In this document: positions 1 through 6,924 of the stretch, piece by piece | Layout: each line of letters begins with the position of its first letter | How positions within the stretch are numbered: the stretch's first letter is position 1 | DNA from: a phage | Length of the DNA stretch: 64,000 nt | Reading direction: 5' to 3' (one strand) | Sequence record: PZ386971.1 | Notes under the pieces: generated by a model | What the model was told of the DNA's origin: nothing | Database searches by the model: none | The model's input: only the letters and a program-made list of their open reading frames with translations | Program-made: the position numbers and the translations under genes

Positions 1-175
1 CATCACCGAAGTCCGTGCCCTGAACAAGACACTGTCTAAAGTGGTGTATGGTATCGTTGCTGGCCACGGCTGGTTCACCGACCTCGACCTGGAAGAGTCC
101 ACCATGGAAGTTGAAGTGGATGGCGTGAAGTACAAGGTCACTGCCGAACTGACAGAGAAAGAAATCAAAATCTAA
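1..175 (+). CDS. 3' end of an upstream gene (partial, product unknown)
   Basis: Open frame from window edge to TAA at 173-175; strong codon bias; followed by hairpin terminator. Confidence 0.5.
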   Translation, partial: ITEVRALNKTLSKVVYGIVAGHGWFTDLDLEESTMEVEVDGVKYKVTAELTEKEIKI

Positions 176-182
176 TCCAACG

Positions 183-205
183 GGCGGGGCAACCCGCCTT
201 TCTTT
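183..205 (+). terminator. rho-independent terminator (GGCGGG-gcaa-CCCGCC + T tract)
   Basis: GC stem-loop followed by TTTCTTT directly after stop codon. Confidence 0.6.
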
Positions 206-217
206 GGGAGAAGTAGC

Positions 218-541
218 ATGAGCAGTAAACCAACATATGTTGAAGTCATGCGTCATCTGGCTCAGTACGCCACTGACAATCTGAACTTGGATCTGTGGCG
301 TGACGATGACAAGCGCAAATTGCTGGACGACGTGGCATCTCAGAACGAGGACGCCCTAGACAAGCTGGCTGGCCTCCGCACCAAGAAAGACCTCGGCGGT
401 GATGAACTGGACGCTATCGAAATTGTAATGGACCTCGAAGAAGAGTTTCAGGTCGAAATCGACGATGGTTGGCTGGGCAGTAAAGGTGATGACCCGACCA
501 TGGGTGAACTCGCTGAACTCGTGGTTGCCCTGCGCAAATAA
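218..541 (+). CDS. acyl carrier protein-like protein with attachment Ser replaced by Glu (LGGDELDAIEIVMDLEEEF)
   Basis: Helix II region matches ACP signature [19 protein letters not shown] except S to E; ATG with GGGAGAAG RBS. Confidence 0.6.
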   Translation: MSSKPTYVEVMRHLAQYATDNLNLDLWRDDDKRKLLDDVASQNEDALDKLAGLRTKKDLGGDELDAIEIVMDLEEEFQVEIDDGWLGSKGDDPTMGELAELVVALRK

Positions 542-548
542 CAGAAGT

Positions 549-572
549 CCCCAACAAACGTTGGGGATTTTT
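549..572 (+). terminator. hairpin terminator (CCCCAAC-aaacg-TTGGGG + TTTTT), copy 1 of a duplicated cassette
   Basis: Perfect stem followed by T run; near-identical copy at 904-927. Confidence 0.6.
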
Positions 573-583
573 ACTTTTAGGGG

Positions 584-612
584 TTTACTTCTATAATGTA
601 AATGCGTATTAT
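584..612 (+). promoter_or_regulatory. early sigma70-type promoter TTTACT-N17-TATTAT
   Basis: Member of a 7-copy family with identical -35 TTTACT and 17-nt spacing. Confidence 0.5.
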
Positions 613-661
613 TGAATTCATAGAGCGGGGCGTTCCTGTTCATTGAAAGAAGGTATACATT

Positions 662-886
662 ATGTCTGCTATATCATGTGTTGTTGATCTCACCCCATTT
701 TGCCTGAACAATATTGCTAACCCTAAATTGGTCTTGTTTAAGGATCCCTCTAATTTCTGCTGGCTGGCAAGTTGTGATACCAACAACGGGCGTCGTGCTG
801 TTTGGGAGTTTCCCGCAACTGATGAAGGCAGAATTTCTGCTATAAGAAAATTAGAACTAGAAAATTCAAGCCGAGAAATTAAATAG
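662..886 (+). CDS. hypothetical early protein (74 aa)
   Basis: ATG ORF downstream of early promoter. Confidence 0.4.
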   Translation: MSAISCVVDLTPFCLNNIANPKLVLFKDPSNFCWLASCDTNNGRRAVWEFPATDEGRISAIRKLELENSSREIK

Positions 887-903
887 GCATAACTTTTATT
901 AAA

Positions 904-927
904 TCCCCAACAAACGTTGGGGATTTT
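904..927 (+). terminator. hairpin terminator, copy 2 of duplicated cassette
   Basis: Same sequence as 549-572. Confidence 0.6.
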
Positions 928-940
928 TAACTTTTAGGGG

Positions 941-969
941 TTTACTTCCTTTAAGGAATGTCCTATTAT
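941..969 (+). promoter_or_regulatory. early promoter TTTACT-N17-TATTAT
   Basis: Same family as 584-612. Confidence 0.5.
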
Positions 970-1020
970 TCAATAACTGGCGAACGATGGGTTCACCGGG
1001 TTGAAAGGTAAGATTATATC

Positions 1021-1260
1021 ATGAAGAACAAAATGGTCGAAACTTCAGTAGAGATTGATCGCAATTGGGGATTGCTCCGCGCTAAAGGGTTCCGTCGTGT
1101 GTATGCGACCAAAGAAGTCTACGCACAGCGCCGTGACGTTATCATCAGCAAGAAAGGCAAAGAGTGGGTTGCTGAAGAAGTTGATGTCGAGACAGGCATC
1201 GTAGGAAAGGTAAAGGCCAAGGCCGTGATCCTCTTCGCTCTTCTGAAGCACATCAGTTAA
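1021..1260 (+). CDS. hypothetical early protein (79 aa)
   Basis: ATG ORF preceded by ATTATATCATG leader. Confidence 0.45.
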   Translation: MKNKMVETSVEIDRNWGLLRAKGFRRVYATKEVYAQRRDVIISKKGKEWVAEEVDVETGIVGKVKAKAVILFALLKHIS

Positions 1261-1319
1261 TTCTATAACTTTGGGCGGGGTATGATTACCCCGTCTATTT
1301 GAAATGCAGGAACTATACC

Positions 1320-1826
1320 ATGACCGATCAACAAATTCAAGATTTATTTTACCTCGTCCATGATAAGTCCCACATCATGCGCCCCGGTACTGTTTCCCCT
1401 GCCGTCCGTGATCTGGTGCAAGAATTGCGCGAACCACAGACGACCACACTTTATCGCGGGTTGCCTAAAGAGGACGTTGCGCGTTTAGAGATGATGTTTG
1501 AACGAGGCGACATGTTCCAGACATGGGATTCTTGCCTTAGCTTCAGTGAACTGAAGCATGTGGCCAAAAAATTTTCTAAATCGTACGGAACCCAAGCTGT
1601 TGCCCGCATTTGTTACAAACATCGAAACAGACTCCCGGAGGGGCTTAATGTCTATGGTTCTCTAGAAAAATTTGTGAACAAAGGCGATGAATCAGAAATG
1701 GATATGCTGGACTTGGCGTCCATGGAGAAAGAATGGATATTCTGCCAGCCTCGCGTCATACCAGTTTCAAGAAAAATGGCAACAGACGGCACGATGGTTT
1801 TTACCGTATCACTTGTTACCCTATAA
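1320..1826 (+). CDS. putative mono-ADP-ribosyltransferase-like early protein (R-S-ExE signature: LYRG ... SCLSFS ... MEKEW)
   Basis: Track ORF begins at TTG 1299; real ATG at 1320 after conserved leader AGGAACTATACCATG; motif order resembles ART toxins and T4 ModA/ModB. Confidence 0.35.
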   Translation: MTDQQIQDLFYLVHDKSHIMRPGTVSPAVRDLVQELREPQTTTLYRGLPKEDVARLEMMFERGDMFQTWDSCLSFSELKHVAKKFSKSYGTQAVARICYKHRNRLPEGLNVYGSLEKFVNKGDESEMDMLDLASMEKEWIFCQPRVIPVSRKMATDGTMVFTVSLVTL

Positions 1827-1878
1827 ACCCACGGCGGGGTATGATTACCCCGTCTATTTGAAACCAAGAGACTATATC

Positions 1879-2256
1879 ATGAAAAAGTTAATCCTCGCTG
1901 TTGCCCTGCTGGGCGCTTCCTTTGCTGCTGTTTCCGCCCCTCCTGTCATCACCGGAGTGTCTACCAACGGTGTTTATGCTTTCAAGGCGTATGGCCAAGA
2001 CCTCGTTCTGTATAAGAACGGGAAGATGATTGAGCGCTGCGTATCAGACGACGTGAATCGTGGGATCGACAATCAGGGTAGCCCATACGTCCTGGACATC
2101 TATTCCTGCTCCAACGGGACGAAGTCCTTTGGCGTCAAGACCTTTGGCAACGTCGCCGACGGTGGCTGGGGCTTCATGTTCGAAACCCGCAACCACCACC
2201 CGGTCAAGACCATGCAAGAAGAGTTCTTGATCTCTGTCGGGGGTGGAACATTATGA
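1879..2256 (+). CDS. secreted/periplasmic small protein with signal peptide (MKKLILAVALLGASFAAVSA)
   Basis: Internal ATG after conserved leader; classical n-h-c signal peptide. Confidence 0.55.
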   Translation: MKKLILAVALLGASFAAVSAPPVITGVSTNGVYAFKAYGQDLVLYKNGKMIERCVSDDVNRGIDNQGSPYVLDIYSCSNGTKSFGVKTFGNVADGGWGFMFETRNHHPVKTMQEEFLISVGGGTL

Positions 2257-2540
2257 CGCCTGAACAACGCCGTTCCGTGAAAGTCATGGTGAAAGGTAAG
2301 ACTCAGCTGAGTTATGTCCAGTCTGCCAATGTTGTCCGCCTGATGGAAGTCAAGAACGACATCGACAACTCCCGATTCCAATCGGCACTCTACGGGCTTC
2401 TCGAGTTCGTTCTTCGCCAGGCTGATCTTGGTCCTGTCTATACTCTTGATGATCTGACCAAGCTGTTGAACACGGGCGGGGAAGGTTTCGACACTGCTCG
2501 TATCCTGATTGACGGTGGACCTAAAGAAGACGAGGTATAA
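2253..2540 (+). CDS. hypothetical protein (95 aa)
   Basis: ATGA overlap with upstream stop (translational coupling). Confidence 0.45.
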   Translation: MTPEQRRSVKVMVKGKTQLSYVQSANVVRLMEVKNDIDNSRFQSALYGLLEFVLRQADLGPVYTLDDLTKLLNTGGEGFDTARILIDGGPKEDEV

Positions 2541-2541
2541 T

Positions 2542-2700
2542 TTGGATAAAGAATTGGTTTGGGAAATTGTGAAGGGTGTCCTAGTAATAATCGCGGTGGT
2601 TTTCATCTTGGGTGGAAACTTCTTCTATTGGTTATTCCGATCCGACCAGAAACGTCGCGAACGCAAGGAGAAAGAGAGAAAGGATCGATGGATGCGCTAA
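2542..2700 (+). CDS. small membrane protein, single TM helix and basic C-terminus (TTG start?)
   Basis: TTG with GAGG 6 nt upstream; hydrophobic core VLVIIAVVFILGG; start uncertain. Confidence 0.3.
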   Translation: MDKELVWEIVKGVLVIIAVVFILGGNFFYWLFRSDQKRRERKEKERKDRWMR

Positions 2701-2732
2701 CTAAGGGATAACCCTATATCCCGAGGTGTGTC

Positions 2733-3182
2733 ATGTTCCTTACATCCTTTATTGACTGGTTGAACATCATTAACGGCCTGAGGATCCCTGTTGGGAACCT
2801 CGGGCTTTCTCGTTCTTCTATGCCGCAAATCGATGCCGACAAACAAGAAGATTTTCACAAATATCTTGAAGACAACGGCGTGTCCATAGATGCTGTGCAA
2901 GTGCCCATCAAAATGCTTCGTCTCACCCAGAACGAAATCAACAAGATGAAGGTCTGGAAGATCATGAAGCAGATCAGAAATAAGAAACCTATGGGTCGAG
3001 TTTGGGTGTCTTCTGACAATTACGTTGTTGACGGTTCTCACCGATTTGTCGCTGCGTTGAACATGGACGGCAAACAGCGCATGAAGGTCTACAAAGTTGA
3101 TTTGCCAGCGATGGAATTTGTTAAACTCGCTAAACAGTTTCAGGGTGTGCGATACAGAACGGTCAGCGATACCCGTTTCTGA
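2733..3182 (+). CDS. ParB-like nuclease domain protein
   Basis: ParB N-terminal-domain motif VVDGSHRFVAA. Confidence 0.55.
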   Translation: MFLTSFIDWLNIINGLRIPVGNLGLSRSSMPQIDADKQEDFHKYLEDNGVSIDAVQVPIKMLRLTQNEINKMKVWKIMKQIRNKKPMGRVWVSSDNYVVDGSHRFVAALNMDGKQRMKVYKVDLPAMEFVKLAKQFQGVRYRTVSDTRF

Positions 3183-3261
3183 ATACGATAGTTTATTGAA
3201 ACCCTTTACTCATCATGGTGAGCCGCCTATCATTTCATCCAATGAAATAAGGAGAATCACC

Positions 3262-3948
3262 ATGAAACGTTTAATCCTCGGGGTCGTGCTGTCTGGTCTG
3301 GCATTACCCGCCGCTGCTAAGCTGAACTCCACAGGTGATAAACTGTGGTCCGACCTTTCCTATTGTGCTGGGTTCTCCCAGGCGGTTGCCATCGACAAGT
3401 CTGGTTCCATAGAGAACTTCGCTGAACTCTGGAACACAGGCAACGTCTCCACTGCTGTCGTCAATGCCGGAATTGAGTTCAACCGTTACAAACAGGGAGC
3501 CTATAACCTCAAGGGCTACCTCAATGACGACGAATTTAACCGTGGAGGCATGGAGGCTGGCGATTTGATCATGACTGGGCGTATGGGCACCCAAGGCCGA
3601 ATGACCGTAAGACAGTGCCGTTCGCTCCCTTCTCCGGCATTACAGAAGGGTGTGCAGGTTGGTCGCCGCCACCTGAACCTCATCAACGATGGCAACCAGT
3701 GCGTCAAAGTATTCGAATACAGCGCTACGCAGACCTCTGATCGCGTCCTGAAGAAGGAATGGCGCACCCGCGCTCTTGGTCTCAGAGCCTGGCTGGTTGA
3801 GAACGATTATTACTTTGAAGACAGGGTTCAGAACGGTCTGAAAGACCTGGCCACGAATCTGAGCGTGAACCTTGATGATCCTCGCATGTCGCGCGAACTC
3901 CAGCAGACTCGTGTTGACTGCGACAATATGATGAAGGAGAACGAGTGA
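3262..3948 (+). CDS. secreted protein with signal peptide (MKRLILGVVLSGLALPAAAK)
   Basis: Track ORF starts at TTG 3097; ATG 3262 has RBS AGGAGAA; signal peptide. Confidence 0.55.
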   Translation: MKRLILGVVLSGLALPAAAKLNSTGDKLWSDLSYCAGFSQAVAIDKSGSIENFAELWNTGNVSTAVVNAGIEFNRYKQGAYNLKGYLNDDEFNRGGMEAGDLIMTGRMGTQGRMTVRQCRSLPSPALQKGVQVGRRHLNLINDGNQCVKVFEYSATQTSDRVLKKEWRTRALGLRAWLVENDYYFEDRVQNGLKDLATNLSVNLDDPRMSRELQQTRVDCDNMMKENE

Positions 3949-4274
3949 TGAAATGTAAAATCTTGCTCTTGTTGGTACTGATAGCCGGATGTGTAAACGC
4001 CGCGCCACCGTCCAAACTGAACACATGTGTGGCATGGATGGAGACGTATCAGCAGTTCCACCCAGATGACAAAGACACATCTATCCTCCTGTCTGACTTT
4101 GAGGGAGAGCTGAAGCGCCTTGATCTGTTCAGTGTTGATCAGATAGAGAATGCGCTGGATCTTCCCATGATGCTGACTGCGGCTGATAACAGTCCACAAA
4201 CGAAAAAAGACCTGATGTATTGTCGGGGGATTGCCCAGGACTTTGTCGGATTTCAAAATAAAGTTTCGGGTTAA
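3948..4274 (+). CDS. lipoprotein (lipobox LIAGC), candidate superinfection-exclusion factor
   Basis: Signal peptide ending L-I-A-G-C; TGATG overlap with upstream gene. Confidence 0.5.
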   Translation: MKCKILLLLVLIAGCVNAAPPSKLNTCVAWMETYQQFHPDDKDTSILLSDFEGELKRLDLFSVDQIENALDLPMMLTAADNSPQTKKDLMYCRGIAQDFVGFQNKVSG

Positions 4275-4313
4275 AATTTAGCCCTACATTGTGAACTGAA
4301 GGAATACACTGTG

Positions 4314-5180
4314 ATGCTCCTGACCAAAACAATCGCTGCGGCGATTATCGAAAAGAATAAGGCTTTTGCCCCCAACGCAGCCAAAGTTATGTTGGTACAC
4401 GAAGACGCTCGCGTGATCTTCGCCGAGAAGTTCGAGATGGGCGCGAAGTTCTGGTATGCCGACAACTTACGTGAGAGCAAACTTCAGGGTATCATCCACA
4501 AACTGACTCTGGTCGCCAAGCGTAATGACCAGGGTGACTGGGTCGGCGTTTCTGACTTCAGTACGAAGATCACCCCAAAGGCTCCGCTTTCTCGTCAAGA
4601 GCGCATTCTGGAAGCCCAGGAAAAGCTGCGTGCGGCTCGGAGTACCACAAAGGCGAAGCCAGATGCAAGCCCTGTCATCAAGCCAGCGGTTGTTCCTAAG
4701 TCCAAATACCTCCCGCCCGTGAGTCAAAAGTCTGTGGAGCAATTGGTTGAGAAGCGCAAGGGTGACGTTGTGATGAAGTCTGACTCTTCAGTGGAGTCGT
4801 TCAAGCCGGATCCAGCAGAAGTACAGGCGCTGGCAGAAAAGGTAAAGAATTCACAATTCATTTCCCTGCGCGAACTTGAACCGCCTACTCGCCGTCGTAT
4901 CGCCAACGAGCTGTTTGTGTCGTTCAGGTCGGATGGCAAGATCGTCCTGTGCAAAGCCCTGCGCGATGCAATCCCTTGGACAACTCTGAACATGATGGTC
5001 ACTCGCGACTTCAAGCGTTTTGGTATCATGCAAGGCAAGGACTACAACGTCAACCAGAGCGGGACTTATGTTAATCGCGCCATGTGTGACAAACTGACCT
5101 TCCCAGAAGACACCGGAACGATCCGTGTCGTTCTGAATTGGGATGACAAGCTGAACATGTATGTTGGCGATTTCCAATAA
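4314..5180 (+). CDS. hypothetical protein, two domains joined by Lys/Pro-rich linker
   Basis: ATG with GAAGGAA RBS; long ORF. Confidence 0.5.
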   Translation: MLLTKTIAAAIIEKNKAFAPNAAKVMLVHEDARVIFAEKFEMGAKFWYADNLRESKLQGIIHKLTLVAKRNDQGDWVGVSDFSTKITPKAPLSRQERILEAQEKLRAARSTTKAKPDASPVIKPAVVPKSKYLPPVSQKSVEQLVEKRKGDVVMKSDSSVESFKPDPAEVQALAEKVKNSQFISLRELEPPTRRRIANELFVSFRSDGKIVLCKALRDAIPWTTLNMMVTRDFKRFGIMQGKDYNVNQSGTYVNRAMCDKLTFPEDTGTIRVVLNWDDKLNMYVGDFQ

Positions 5181-5236
5181 TCAATAACCTCGGGCGGCTT
5201 ATCATAAAGCTGCCCTTTCATTTGAGAGACTATATC

Positions 5237-5899
5237 ATGGAAAAACTTTATTCTATTATCGTCGGTCCTGATCCTGACGGATTATTCTTCGCCTCGTTGT
5301 CTTATATTGCCCACGCCCGTATCGGTAGCTATTACGCATATTGCACACGTGGCCACGACGGTTCCAATATCCTCCATTATAGCCGCCTGAACGATTTCCT
5401 GGCACTTCAACCAGAAGATGTTGTGCTGGCGCGTCGCGTGTTCATCGACTTCAACGCGATGCACAACAACGAAATCGACGCTCGCTACCATGCCATGCGT
5501 TCTATGGACGGGGGAGATTGCATTTATCGTATCGACCATTTTAGTGAGTTTACCGAATGTATTGATTGGTTTATCTCTGATAAAGTGATGGGTGAAAGAA
5601 TCGTCACAACTCCGTGGGCACATGCGGAACAACTTCGTGTGTCTACCGATGCGTACAAAGAAGTCGACAATCTGTGCAACAAGTTCCGCATCTCGGTGAC
5701 CTGTAATCAAGACCTGGGCGAAGAGATACAATGGACAGCTGAGTCTCCTCATTTCAGTGGCCTGGTGATGACGGCCGAAACCCGTTCCCGTGCTGTTGTC
5801 CAGTTAGTACTCTGGGCGTTCTACCAGCGCACCCCGTTCTCGTACATGGGGCAGAAAGAGATTGATGAACTCCTGAAGTCTCACGCGGTGGAGGTGTAA
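5237..5899 (+). CDS. hypothetical protein (220 aa)
   Basis: ATG after conserved leader GAGACTATATCATG. Confidence 0.5.
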   Translation: MEKLYSIIVGPDPDGLFFASLSYIAHARIGSYYAYCTRGHDGSNILHYSRLNDFLALQPEDVVLARRVFIDFNAMHNNEIDARYHAMRSMDGGDCIYRIDHFSEFTECIDWFISDKVMGERIVTTPWAHAEQLRVSTDAYKEVDNLCNKFRISVTCNQDLGEEIQWTAESPHFSGLVMTAETRSRAVVQLVLWAFYQRTPFSYMGQKEIDELLKSHAVEV

Positions 5900-5900
5900 T

Positions 5901-6179
5901 ATGGCTGGCGTATGGTGTGATGTCTTGCTGGTTCGTTACAGCGTAAATGGGTGTGTCCAAGTGCGTTCCGCCTTCTATCCAGTACCGTTCTCTTCCGGTG
6001 GCCTGACGGTTCAGCGAGTTCTCGATATTGAGGCAGAACTGAACAAAAAGTCTTTTGGTGTACAAGTCCTGGGGTACGATCTTCTGAATGAAATGATGGT
6101 TGAAGAAGACAAAGTTGAGACTGTCATTGGTCGTCAGGAGATGGAATCGTTAATCTCCAAATCGGAGGTCAAATCATGA
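5901..6179 (+). CDS. hypothetical protein (92 aa)
   Basis: ATG with GGAGG RBS. Confidence 0.45.
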   Translation: MAGVWCDVLLVRYSVNGCVQVRSAFYPVPFSSGGLTVQRVLDIEAELNKKSFGVQVLGYDLLNEMMVEEDKVETVIGRQEMESLISKSEVKS

Positions 6180-6427
6180 GTCCCAACATGGCAATAATCT
6201 GGGTTGGTGAATCGTCAATGCGTTGTCCTCACAAGACGATCACCTTCTTGGACGATGAGCGCCTGGCCGAACAACGGGTTGAAGTCCGCGAAATGCAGGT
6301 TTCTTCAAAGGTGGTGAACGTTCCTGTGACTAATATTCAGACTTTTAAGCCTTGCGTCAGAGTGATTTGTGAACGCTGTGGATGTTATGGCACGATGACG
6401 ACTGAAGACGTGGCGAAAGGCTATTAA
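6176..6427 (+). CDS. hypothetical Cys-containing small protein (83 aa)
   Basis: ATGA coupling to upstream gene. Confidence 0.4.
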   Translation: MSPNMAIIWVGESSMRCPHKTITFLDDERLAEQRVEVREMQVSSKVVNVPVTNIQTFKPCVRVICERCGCYGTMTTEDVAKGY

Positions 6428-6517
6428 TTCCGCTTTATTCAATAAAATTTGTTAGTTAAACTGTAGTCCTCTTGTAGTGAACATGAAAGTAAACATTAAC
6501 CCAACGGAGAAATCCAG

Positions 6518-6796
6518 ATGAATCGTACTGAATTTGTTGCCCACATTGCTTCGACCCAGAACATCACCAAAGGCGAAGCGGAGAAAGTAGTGGCATCCTT
6601 TATCAACGGTGTTAAGACTGCAGTTGCTGCAGGCGCATCTGTACAGCTGGTCGGCTTCGGTGCGTTCGAAGTGAAACACCAAGAAGCGCGTGAAGGCCGC
6701 AACCCTCTGGACGGCCAGACCATTCAGATCGCGGCGAAAAACGTTGTGAAATTCAAAGTGGGCGAAGGTCTGAAGAACGCTGCCAACGGCAAGTAA
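6518..6796 (+). CDS. HU/IHF-family DNA-binding protein
   Basis: Strong match to HU signature VQLVGFGAFEV ... GRNP ... IQIAAKNVVKF. Confidence 0.85.
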   Translation: MNRTEFVAHIASTQNITKGEAEKVVASFINGVKTAVAAGASVQLVGFGAFEVKHQEAREGRNPLDGQTIQIAAKNVVKFKVGEGLKNAANGK

Positions 6797-6847
6797 TTCT
6801 ATCTGACGCGCGGCCAGGCTCTGCAATACAGGGCATGGCAAAGAGAA

Positions 6848-6876
6848 AGCCGGAGCATTGTACTCCGGCTTTTTCG
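6848..6876 (+). terminator. rho-independent terminator (GCCGGAG ... CTCCGGC TTTTT)
   Basis: Perfect stem plus T run after HU gene. Confidence 0.7.
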
Positions 6877-6924
6877 TTCTTGGGGATCGGGTAAACTATA
6901 GGCGAATCCCATAGGAGGAAGAAA

